A stretch of 64,000 bases of DNA, taken from positions 96,740,048 to 96,804,047 of the forward strand of contig NC_083409.1 of the NCBI RefSeq assembly GCF_020745735.1. Reading direction: 5' to 3'. The notes under the pieces were generated by a model. It did no database searches. It had not been told where the DNA came from and saw nothing but the letters and a program-made list of their open reading frames with translations. The position numbers and the translations under genes were made by a program. This DNA comes from Hemiscyllium ocellatum. Taxonomy: Eukaryota. Positions 11,730-23,177 of the stretch are shown here, in pieces (within the stretch, counting starts at the first letter, position 1; each line of letters opens with the position of its first letter).

Positions 11730-13500
11730 ATTATTGAGTGGTGAATCTGGATCTTGTGTAAGAAACTGAAAATATGTTACTTCCACACAAAATGGGGAAA
11801 TTACTTTCTGTTCATAACTATAAAAATATTTGCCTTGTTTGTCACAAGAGTATTGATAAGTAAAAAGGGGAATTTGTAATGACACCACTCAAGAATAAAC
11901 AGTATATTCAGTGATTTGTTTTTCCTTTAACATGCAACTGATTTGTTGGCATGCTTTGCAGAAAAGTTTTGAGAAGCTGAAAGCTATTTTGAAAGCAGTT
12001 TTTTATTCAAACTAGCAAAAAAAGCAAGCCCTGCACATGACTATCACTTTTGCATTTGCTATCTCTGGAAAAGAACAAGAAATCACTCAGATGTTCGAGT
12101 AATTAAAGAATCAATGACTGTGGCCACTGTTTGTTCTAAAAATCTTCAAATCAATAAGAATAATAGCAATGAAAGTTTGTGACTTGATGCATCCACAATA
12201 ACAAAAATAGGATCACTGTCCAAAGATGTCTTCAAGTACAGTAGGACCTGAAAAGCTGAATGCTCCTCAGTGCAGCTTGATGAATCTGTTGACATGACTA
12301 TGCAGCCCTGCCGTGTTTTTGCTTTTCTTCATTTTCCTTTTTGCGCATGGTATTTAAGGACATTGACGACAACTAAAGTGGGTTTTCTCATTTTTTTGCT
12401 CGATAACAAACAAGAGGTGAGAATATTTACAATGAAATCAAAAGATATGTGCTCGAGAAAAAACTTCTAATCAAGAAACTGGTTTCCATCACAACTGATG
12501 GTGCACCACCCCACATTTAGTGCAAATTTGGGCTTTTGCAGGTATGGTCCTGATTTCCCTCCTCTGACCATAGTCCACCAGCAAGTATCAGCAAATGAAG
12601 TTATGGAATCTCTAATGTGTTGAAATTTCTCATTGGAAATGTAAGCTCAATTCAAGCAAGAACCTTACTTGTTTAAATCTTAACTTGGCAAACTTGATGC
12701 TACCTACGATAAACTAATCCTTTGTGCTGATATGAAGTTAAGTCAAGGGAAAATTCTGCGGAGACTTTTAAATCTTATTTCTGAAATGATCATTTTTATT
12801 GAATTTAAGGAATGAAGTATGCAGTGAACTATTCGGCAAAACATGGTTGCTCAACTTGGTAAGAGATCCATTGTCAAACATTTAACAGTAAAATACAGGG
12901 AAAGGATGAATTTAACATGTCTGATCAGTGCTGCGAATGTGTTCAAATTGAAATTGAAGTAGTCGTCTCATTCAAAACTAAAATGCTCCAACGCTTTGGT
13001 GTCTGGGAAAAAATTACAAGAAGAATCAAAGACCAAAATGCTCCCACCCAGATAACATCTGCACAAATCTGAGGAAGCTGACTGAGGAGTTCAGCAGGAA
13101 ATTTCAGAAATTTAAATCTGATAGAACAAATTATTGTGTTTGTCTCAAATCAAATTCTTACAATAGGTATTGGTGGGTTGACTATTAAATTCTATCAGGT
13201 GTTTGATTTACAAATTAATGGAGTTGATGGTAGTAATCTCTCTGCAAAATCATATTGAACTGAAAGCACAGCTATGGAACAGTGATTTTGGGAATACAAA
13301 CAGGAAAAGTAGCTACTTCTATCATCCTGTGCTTTTTAAACGCCTACCTGTGGGACAGTGAACTCCCAAATCCAAGTTATCCGTTCGAATTATCTCAAGC
13401 CTCTCAGAACCATTTGATTGGTCTATATACAACTAGTAGCCTCATACTAGATTCCAGACTTCAAGACACTGGCAGATAATATGCAGTCACTGGTATCCTA
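11730..13500 (+). mobile_element. Decayed hAT (Charlie/SPIN/GTF2IRD2-like) transposase
   Basis: BED-finger remnant ICLVCHKS..KKGNL (~11830-11880), QLDESVDMT (12273), KLVSITTDGAP (~12476-12508), LSQGKILRR (~12740); many stops; TIRs not identified. Confidence 0.8.
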
Positions 13501-14137
13501 CTGAGACTTGGATGGAGCTAAATGAATATTTGTACATTCTTTGGTTTTAGATTAATATAGCAGTGAAAATAAACTTTGTCTTAATTTTTCTTGTGAAGGT
13601 ATGTTTTAAGTTTCGAGAGAAGAGTTTTGATATCAATAATGTCCCCTTCATAGAGAAATCTCCCACATAACCTACAAAAGGATTAATAGCTGAAGAGGAA
13701 TGAAGAAGTTGACAAGAAGGTACAGCTCATGAGGTTTTGATTTAAGGTTTGGAATGTAAAGATTAAATGTAAGGTGAAGAAGCGGAGTTATAGGTTTGAG
13801 ATGTTTCAAGGCTCTGCCAACAATGTGAGATACTTAAAAGTAAAATAGAGGTGTGGAGTGTCTCTCTGGTGCATTCTCCCTGTGTGCATTTAAGAAAAGC
13901 ACTCTCCATCCTGCATTGACTGTCCCCTTTTTATCTGCTGTGACTGAAACTTAGACTCTTGACTTTTTCCATGCTCTGTCCTATTACTTGTTCTGGAAAC
14001 TTTAATAACCTCTGCTGAGCCATCCCTTACCTTTTTTCCATGAGTTTCTGTGCAACTGAACCAGTGTGAGATGTGAATATGACAGGAAAAAAGGCACAAA
14101 TTGGGGCCTTCCTGCATTGATACCAATAGTGGTATAA

Positions 14138-15200
14138 TGTCACAAAGTTGGTGCTTTTACTAAAAGCTGTTCCTTTATGCAAGGATACTGTGTCCTCTGG
14201 ATTTTTTCAGTGGGGTTGTCTTTTTTTAAAAAAAAGTCCAGGCTCCGAATGGACTGGTTTGGTATAGAGATGAAAAGGATATTAGGAGGGTTTTTTGTGT
14301 ATAGGTAAACTGATGAGACTTTAGGTCACAGCTTTCATGTTTTAGAAGTAACTTGTGTAATGAAAGGGGGGTGGTCAGTCCTGGAAGCTGAATTCTTGTT
14401 GAGTCAGTTCAGCAATAGTGGACTGTGGNNNNNNNNNNNNNNNNNNNNNNNNNNNNNNNNNNNNNNNNNNNNNNNNNNNNNNNNNNNNNNNNNNNNNNNN
14501 NNNNNNNNNNNNNNNNNNNNNNNNNNNNNNNNNNNNNNNNNNNNNNNNNNNNNNNNNNNNNNNNNNNNNNNNNNNNNNNNNNNNNNNNNNNNNNNNNNNN
14601 NNNNNNNNNNNNNNNNNNNNNNNNNNNNNNNNNNNNNNNNNNNNNNNNNNNNNNNNNNNNNNNNNNNNNNNNNNNNNNNNNNNNNNNNNNNNNNNNNNNN
14701 NNNNNNNNNNNNNNNNNNNNNNNNNNNNNNNNNNNNNNNNNNNNNNNNNNNNNNNNNNNNNNNNNNNNNNNNNNNNNNNNNNNNNNNNNNNNNNNNNNNN
14801 NNNNNNNNNNNNNNNNNNNNNNNNNNNNNNNNNNNNNNNNNNNNNNNNNNNNNNNNNNNNNNNNNNNNNNNNNNNNNNNNNNNNNNNNNNNNAGCCTTTT
14901 TGTTTTAAAACTCTGTTTGAGGGGTTTGTTTATTGGGACTGTTGTGTATTTTTCACTACAGCATAATTTAAAGTCTAGTTTTGGATTGACTGAGGTCTGT
15001 GGATATTCTATATTTTGCTCTTTGTGTTTGATTCTGTAATTTTGTGAATAAATTCTTGTCTGTTTTTAAACTTGGTAGTCAGCCTAGCTAATTTTCTCCA
15101 AGTAATTTTCATTGTACACTTACTGATACAAATTGCAAAATTATAGTCTGGGCTGCCTGCTTAAGAATGTTTGGAGTGGTCTGGCCTTATCCATATGGCA
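14138..15200 (+). mobile_element. Probable solo LTR spanning the assembly gap
   Basis: TGTCAC start; AATAAA ~15047; its 3' end is related to the reverse complement of the 31807 element terminus. Confidence 0.45.
14429..14892. other. Assembly gap (464 N)
   Basis: Run of N. Confidence 1.
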
Positions 15201-15764
15201 AGTTCAGGGAAATCAGCTAATTGGAAATACTGACAAAACCTTCTCACCAATCTTTCAAGTAAAAAATTAGGTATTTAGCTTGTGTTTGTCTCTGTAAATT
15301 TATTTCTATGCCAAAATCCACTGCTGTCAGGTACCTTGATCCAGCCATCACCTGGAGCTGTGCTGTCTCTGGGACCATATCGCCATTTGTTTGGTGCCAT
15401 CTTGCCTCCACCAACATCAATTGGTGTCATGAGTCCATGCTGGGCACATCTCAGCAATGCAATCACCGCTGAAACAGCTGGGTCCCAAACTGGGCACAAA
15501 CCTGACACTGGGCCCAGTTTCTGCTGCTGTCACCTCCCAGAAATGCTATTTCAGCAAAGAAACCTGTCACTGCCTGCCACCCTTGGGAAGGAACCGCTGC
15601 TGACACTCCAGGCGATCACTCCTGCTGCTGCCAACACTTCAGGAAGGGGATGTCTTGCTGCAAAAGAGGGAACAAAACAGCAGAAAGAAGTAACCAAGCC
15701 TCAAGATCAGGATCCAACTCAAACACTGCTACTCCACTGCAGTCATCTTGGAAGAAGATGGCCC

Positions 15765-17520
15765 ATATCCACTAAACCATTCCTATCCATGTACCTCTTC
15801 AAATGCCTTTTACATAGAACACAGAACATAGAAAAATACAGCACAGTACAGGCCCTTCGGCCCTCGATGTTGCACCGATCCAAGCCCACCTAACCTACAC
15901 TAGCCCACTATCCTCCATATGCCTATCGAATGCCCGTTTAAATGTCCATAAAGAGGGAGAGTCCACCACTGCTACTGGCAGGGCATTCCATGAACTCACG
16001 ACTCGCTGAGTAAAGCAACTCGCTGTTATAATTAAATCCCCACCCCACCCCCACTTCCTTTGGCATCTCATTCCATACATACACCACCATGTGTGAGAAA
16101 AGATTGTCCATCGGGTCTCATTTAAATCTTCACCTCTCACTTAAACCTATGTCCTCTCTAGTTTGGACTCCATACCTGGCTATTCACCTTTTTTTTTATT
16201 CGCCTTGTGAACTTACGAATCTCTTCAAGGTCACTCCTTGGCCTCCTACACTCTGGGGAGGGTGGGGGAGGTCCAGCCCCTCTTTATTACTCATACCTTC
16301 CTGTCTTGCTGTCATCCTTGTAAGTCATCCTTTCCAGTATAATAGCATCCCTCCTCTAGCAGGGTGACCAGAATTGTATCAAAACATGGCCTTACCAATG
16401 TCTTGTACAGCCGTGGCATGAAGTCCTGACTCCTATACTCAATGTTCTGACCTATTAAAGGCAAGTGTGCCAAATGCTGCCTGCACCACCCTATCTACCT
16501 TTGATGCTACTTTCAAAGCTGACTTTCCACTTCCCTCTGAAATGGCCGAGCAGGCCTTTCTATTCAAGGCTACTAGGAACTATGATACAGGAGCAGGTGC
16601 TCTGGTTTCCTCCCATAATCCAAAGATGTGCAGGTTAGGTGAATTGGCCATGCTAAATTGCCCATAGTGTTAGGTGGATTAGTCAGGAGTAAATATAGGG
16701 GAATGGGTTTGGGTGGATTGTTCTTCGGAGGGTTGGTGTGGATTTGTAGGGCCAAAGGGTTTGTTTCCACACTGTAGGTAATTTAATTTAATCTAATGAG
16801 GCCATTATGCGCATTGATTCTGCTCCACCATTTGATCATGATGATATGTTTCTCAACACCATTCTCCTATCTTCTCCCGATAAAACTTGATCCCCTTACT
16901 AATCAAAAACCTATCTATCTCTATCTTAAATGCACTCTGACCTGGTATCCACCGCCTTCTAGGCCAATGAGTTCCACAGATTAACTACCCTCTGGCTGAA
17001 GGAATTCCTCCTCATCTCCATTTTAAAGGGCCGTTTCTTCATTCTAAGACTGTGCCCCCAGGCTCTAGTGTCTGCAATTAGTGGAAACATTTCCATATCC
17101 ACTGTATCCAGGCCTCTCCCCATATTCTCTAAGCTTAAATCAGACCCCCAAACCCACCCTCACCTCAACAGTCTGGCTAAATTCCATTGAGTACAACCCA
17201 GAGTCCTCAACGGCACCTCATATGACAAGCCCTTCATCCGCAGGATCATTCTTGTAAACCTCCTTTTGGATACACTCCAACCCCAGCACATCCATTCTTC
17301 AGTGCAGAGCCCAAAATTGCTCTCCATATTCGAAATGCAATCTGACCAGATCCTTACACAGCCTCAGCAGTACATCTCTTCTGTTTGTATTCTAGTCCTC
17401 TAGAAATGAATGCCAATATTGCATTTGCTTTCATAACTGCCAACTAAACCTGTATGTTAATCTCGAGAAAATCCTGAATTAGTACTTCTGAGTCCATTTG
17501 CATTTCAGATTTCCAGTGCC
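15765..17520 (-). mobile_element. Cluster of nested CR1 3' fragments, with a partial + strand HE1 SINE (16595-16795)
   Basis: Minus-strand CFTQRVVSSWNALP and catagaac tails; V-domain and (AATCT)n tail of the SINE. Confidence 0.75.
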
Positions 17521-18044
17521 AATTGCCATTTCGAAAACAAATTTTGCCCCTATTCCTCCTACCAACACTTTTAACCTCCTACTTTCCTGTATTTGTATTC
17601 CATCTGTTGCTACTTTTGTCCACTTGCCTCTCTTCACTTCCTCAACACTACTTGCCTCGCCACCTCCTCTGTGCCATCCGCAAACATAACATCAATGCCC
17701 TCAGTTCCTTTTGTCCAGGGACAAGTAATAAATGCCGAAAAGCCAGCAATATCCTGTGAATTTAAAGAAAAATCATGGGGCTGAAATTTGCAAAATCCCC
17801 AGGACTGTATAGCTTTATATTCCAGAGTGTGGAGAAGGAAACGGCTATAAAGAGTCATTATATTAATGATTACTCAAATTCTACAGATTCTGGAATGACT
17901 CCTGAGTTAACAGGTAACAATTGTCATCCATTTTTTTTTAAAAAGGGAGCAAGCAAGAAGTCTGGGAACTACAGACGTTTAGCTTATGTCAGTATTGGAG
18001 AAAATGCTACCATCTTATTATAAAAAGATAGAATGAATCGACTG

Positions 18045-18410
18045 GGAGAAATAGTCAGGACTGCAGATACTGGAAAAGTCAGTTGATAAAATCTGGAGCT
18101 GGAAAAAACACAGCAGGTTAAGCAGCTTCAAAAGAGCGGGAGAGTTGACATTTCAGGTAGGACCCTTCATCAGGGCTAGGGAGGAGGAAGGGAGCTGAGA
18201 AATAATTGGGGGGGGGGGGTTGGGAGTGGTAGGTAGGAGGTGAATGAGATTAGTCAGTGGGAATAGTGGGGTGGATAGGTGGGAAGGAAGATAGGTCAGG
18301 TCAAGGGGGACAGGGTGGGGAGAGAGGGCTGAACCTGGGATGAGGTGGGGAGATTTGGAAGCTGGTGAATTCAATGTTGAGGCCATGTTGGCATCTGGTT
18401 GATTATTCCT
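18045..18410 (-). mobile_element. Family A PLE pLTR fragment
   Basis: Tail ggactgcagatactgg...cacagcagg, a hammerhead core, and a purine-rich spacer on the + strand. Confidence 0.75.
18147..18173 (-). ncRNA. Minimal hammerhead ribozyme (family A)
   Basis: Minus strand reads CTGATGA-A-GGGT-cct-ACCT-GAAA-TG-TC. Confidence 0.65.
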
Positions 18411-18535
18411 CTGACTGGGTATAGTTATCATGACTTTCATTTTAAATAAGAAAGCATGTCCCATTAAGTTTTAGAAGTCTTTTTTTTATTCTTTTGAAGA
18501 TGTTACAATAAAGGAGAGCTGATGAATGTAGCATA

Positions 18536-18693
18536 CCGAGGAACCTCAATTATCTGAACAGCATAAGTGGGGAGTATTTTGTCAGCTAAATGAATGCCAG
18601 ATAACCCTGATTAGCCAAGCATTGGGACCTTGCGATCTTGCTGGATAATCCGAAATTCAGATAATCAAATGCCAGATAATCGAGGTTCCTCTG
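18536..18693. mobile_element. Tc1/pogo (Tigger-like) MITE
   Basis: TIRs ccgaggaacctcaattatctg and cagataatcgaggttcctctg, flanked by TA on both sides. Confidence 0.85.
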
Positions 18694-18783
18694 TACTTAG
18701 ATTTTCGAAAGGTTCTTTAAGGAAGTCCCTTCACAGGTTAGAAAAAATAAAGCACATGGGGTAGGAGCTAATGCATTAGTATG

Positions 18784-19255
18784 TGTTTGCGAAAGTGTAT
18801 GAGCAGGTAGGGAAAGAGTGAAGTTTTGGGTTGTGTAACAAAGGCTCAACTAACATGACTTTGACCAGATAAGAACTTGCAGTAAATAATGAGGTGCTGC
18901 AGGCAAGGGTCATGGATTAACAAGGTGAAAAGCAACCATTATGTAATGCCAGTTAACAAGGTTAAGAACGTCCATTGTATAATGCCAGATGACTTAATCT
19001 TTACTGTTGATGCTCATTGATTGTAACAGTCACCCAATCAATATAGATGTTGCCTTATTTGGAAGCGGTTCCCTGTAAGTCTCTATATAATTCCTTAAGA
19101 ATCTACTATTCGAAAGAAGACCAAAAACTCTTGTCTCTGTGCAAATGGGCAATCATTCTCTCTCCCTCCAGAGCCCAGAATAAAGATGGAGGTAAAGCCA
19201 CTCTGTGTCTGAGTGTTTGCTTCGACTGGTATGGGGATAGGGAAATGGGACGACA
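18784..19255 (+). mobile_element. Solo LTR, copy 1
   Basis: TG...CA termini, TATATAA ~19085, AATAAA ~19178; interrupts a CR1; homologous copy at 39647-40197. Confidence 0.7.
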
Positions 19256-22029
19256 AGTTAATGGTTAACACACAAAGCAGTGAGTCGGAATAAATGGATC
19301 GTCCTCGTGATGGAAGGCTGTGACTAGTGATGCACTGCGAAGATCAATACTTGGGTTCCCATCTGTTCACAATATATACATACCAATGATTTGGAGTTGT
19401 GGACCAAATTTAATATTTCTAAGTCAGTGAATGATGCAAAACTAAATGGGAATGAGTGTTGCGAGGAAGATGTAAAACAGCTTCAGGTGGATTTGGACAA
19501 GCTTTGTGAATGGGCTGGATCATGGCAGGTGCAATATAATGTGGAAAAATGTGAAGTTTCCTACTTTTGGTAGGAAAAGCAAATGCAAACTATATCTGAA
19601 ATTGTAAAGTAAATGTCCAAAGGGACTGAGATGTCCTTGTTGATAAGTCACTGCAGGTGCAGTAAGTAATTAGGAAGGCTCTTATAATGCTAGTGTTTTA
19701 TTGCAAAAATATTTCAGAACAGGAGCTGTGAAGTCTTCAATTTACAAAATACTTGAAGGACAGTCATGGTAGGTGCAGGTAAGATGATTTCCCTGGTTGG
19801 GCAGTCTAGAACCAGTGGCCCAATTTAAAAATAAGGGGAAATCACACTTTGGTCCAAGATGGGCAGAAACATCTTTATGCAGATTGTGAATGTTCAGATT
19901 TCTGTCCCACAGAGGACTATGTAAGATCAGTCTTTTGAGTATGTTTCAGATAGAAATTGATAGGGTTAGGTGTACGGAGTGGGTAAGAGACATCAAACTG
20001 TTTGATCAGCCATAATCCTACTGAATTCTGAGCCAGGCTCGATGGGCTGTTGCTGTTCCTTTCCTATCTTCACAGCAGCGTCAGCTGACTAATGAGAACA
20101 CCTCCAGCTGCAAGTTCCCCTGCATCCCATGGCTCGCAGCAGTTCAAGAAAGCGGCTGACCACCCCTTTTATAAGAACAATATTGACAGGACAACAAAAA
20201 AGTGGCAATTGGTTACCTTTCTAGGAAAACACATAATTGAAGGAAATAGTTAAAAGAAATATTTGAACATTACCAAAGGACAGAGTTTTTCAGCACAAAG
20301 GCATTTTCCTTGGCCATCTTGTGCTACATAAAATCGGTTTGCTAAATTCTATGAAAGGATAGAATGGATAGCCTGAGTCTTTTTCCCTCGGGGCAGGAAT
20401 ATCAGTTGCTAGAGGACATTGCTGTTTGGGGAAAGGGTAAGTATAAAGGAAACATGACAGGTGGGATTTTTATACAGAAGTTGGTAAGTGCCTGGAATGT
20501 GCTACCAGTGCATGTGGTGGAGGCAGATACAATAGCAACATTTTAAGAGGCACCTGGTCAGTCTGTGAGTAGGCAGGGAATAGAGTGATACGCACAGCAT
20601 AGAGGCAAAAGGTTTTAGTTTAGACAGGCAGTATGTGTCGGTGCAGTCTTAGTGGGCCAAAGAGCCTGTACCTGTGCTGTATTGTTCTTTGTTCCTTTTT
20701 AACAATGCTGTGGAATGTAGTAAATCTCCTGGTTAGAATGTGACTGAAAAGGATTTGCTAGAAGGTCATTCATGAAGGTTGAATAGTGGAACTGGATGCA
20801 CTTGAATAGTAATTATTTTGTCCTAGTATATGTTTTTTTAAACATAATGACAAAGCTTGGTTCAGAATTTAGTTTTCATTTAATTGTAACATTAATGCAG
20901 ATATCTATTCTAATCATTCACAATTAGACCTTCTTCTAAAGAAGAGATCACCATGTGCTCTTGAGATCTCGAACAAAATCAACAAGAACCATACCAACTA
21001 AAAGATGTCTAAAAGCTGTGAACAATGTTCTGTTCACCTGATACCAAAACATAAATTGCAGCACAAACTCAGCAAATCTGGACCAAGACCAGAGGCCTGA
21101 CACTGTCTAAATGTTGCCCCTCATTCTCTTCTCTTCCCCCCCCAATCTACACCCCATCCTGACTTGACACTACATTTCCATTCCTTCACTATATTGCTGC
21201 TTCAAACCCAGTAACTCCCTACCTAACCGCACTGTGGGTGTACCTGTACCACAGTAGCTGTTCAAAAAGGCAGATCACTGTCACCACCATATCAAGGTCA
21301 CTTAAGGCTGGGCAACAAATTGATTCCCTCTTTACAATAAAATGTTGAAGAACACAGCATTTTTAAAAACTTCAAATGAAGTTGCAATAATTAAATTCTT
21401 CTTCAAAAATATGGTTCTTGTAGTGCTAGTTCAGGAGACAAATATGCAAATCAGAGTAGTATAAGATGTGAGGATGAATACGCATACTCTGACACTTTTC
21501 ATTGCCCTTGATGTTCAGATTAGAACTCTCTCTCTCAGGAAATTGTTTTTTCCTGTAAATGCTATGCAGTCAAAAGCTTCAGTGTTTTTCTCACATTCTG
21601 TGCTTCCTGCTGGAGTGTGCTGGTTTTACTTTTTATAATAGATGTAAGTGTAACTACTTCAAGATTGGCAAGTCACTATGATGTTAAAAATAGAACTCAC
21701 CAGATCACAGGATCTTCACTCCAAAATCTGTAACAGATGTTTTGCTTCAACTTCACTTGAATAGTTTTGTCATTTTGAACCCCAAGAATGTTCTGCAGTT
21801 TCACTTTTGTATGACTTGGACATATGTCATTCAGTGCAGTATTTAATAATGAATAAAATGCCCATGTAAATTTTCCCAAATGCTGTACAGATTCTGACAA
21901 TGATTTTGATAATCATCGAATCAGAATGTTAACAATGCAGAAGGAGCCGATTTTTGCCCTTTTGAATCGGTGCTGGCATGTAGAAAGAGCAATTCACCTG
22001 GTGCCACTCCTATGCCTCTTTTCCCATGG

Positions 22030-23177
22030 TTGAAAATCTCACACCACCAGATTATAGTCCAGGTCGACTGGTTTCAGCGGGCAAACACTCCACTAGTTAG
22101 TCATACCTGGCCCAAAGGAAGATGGTTATGGAGGGTCAGTCAGCTGCAGGATACCTCTGCAGAGGTCCCTCAGGGTAGTGTCCTTCGACCAACAATCTTC
22201 AACTGCTTCATTAGTGACCTTCACTCTGTCATCAGGTCATAAGTGGGGATATTCACCGATGATTGCACAGTGTTCAGCACCATTCGCGATGGTTCAGATA
22301 TTGAAGCAGTCTGTGTTCAAATGCAACAAGATCTGGACAATATTCAGGCTTGGGCCAACAAGTGACAGTAACATTACGCCACACAAATGACCGACAATGA
22401 CACCACCAATAAGAGGCACTCTAACCACTCGATATTCAATGGTATTACCATCACTAATTCCCACACTGAACATCCTTCTGGTTACCATTTACCAGAAACT
22501 CAACTGGACTCACCATGTAAACACTGGCTATAAAAGTAGATCAGAGACTAGGGATACTGCAGAGAGTAAGTCGCCTCCTGACTCCTGAAAGCCTGGCCAC
22601 CATTTAAGGCACAAGTCAGGAGTGTGATGGAATGCTTCTCACTTGCCTGGATGGGTGCAGCTCCAACAACACTCTAAGCTTTGACACCATCTTGATCAGC
22701 ACCACATCTACAAACATTCAATCCCTTCACCATCAGTGCTCAGTAGCAGCAGTGTGTACTACCTACAGGATGCACTGCAGAAATTCACCAAAGATCCTTG
22801 GACAGCACCTTCTAAACCCATGACCACTTCCATCTGGAAGGACAAGGGCAGCAGGTACTTGGAATGCCACCACCTGCAAGCCATTCACTGCCTTAACTTG
22901 GGAAATGCTGCTGTTCCTTCACAGTTGTTGGGTCAAAGTCCTTGAATTCCCTCCTTACCAGCATTGTGAGTCAACCCACAGCAAGTGGACTGCAGTAGTT
23001 CAAGAAAGCAGCTTGCCACTACTTTCTCAAGGGCAAATAGGGATAGACTATCAATGCTAACCAGCCAGTGACACCCAAGTCCCACAGATGAATTTAAAAA
23101 GTTTATATTTTAACCTGGTGCCATGTGATTTTCAACTTTGTCCACCCCAGTCCAACCGGCACCTCCATATCATTTTT
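22030..23177. mobile_element. Family B PLE fold-back termini enclosing a ~1 kb LINE 3' fragment
   Basis: Left arm gaaaatctcacaccaccagattatag; right arm taacctggtgccatgtgattttcaac plus tail; direct repeat TTTTCCCATGG at 22019-22029 and 23178-23188. Confidence 0.7.
22100..23095 (+). mobile_element. CR1/L2-superclade LINE 3' fragment (RT plus tail)
   Basis: VPQGSVLRPTIFNCFISDL and FTDDCT; tail gcagtagttcaagaaagcagc...caagggcaaataggg. Confidence 0.85.

Larger units (their letters stand above)
17780..20060 (+). mobile_element. Highly degenerate CR1 ORF2, interrupted by a PLE, a MITE and an LTR
   Basis: KSPGL, GNYR, ISKSVNDAKL, DLDKLCEWA...QYNVEKCEV remnants. Confidence 0.75.

Noticed and set aside
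14360-15039. Long ORFs in three frames
   Set aside because: Artefacts of the N gap.
15282-15893. 203-aa ORF
   Set aside because: Low-complexity GC-rich segment running into antisense CR1 tails; no domain or splice support.
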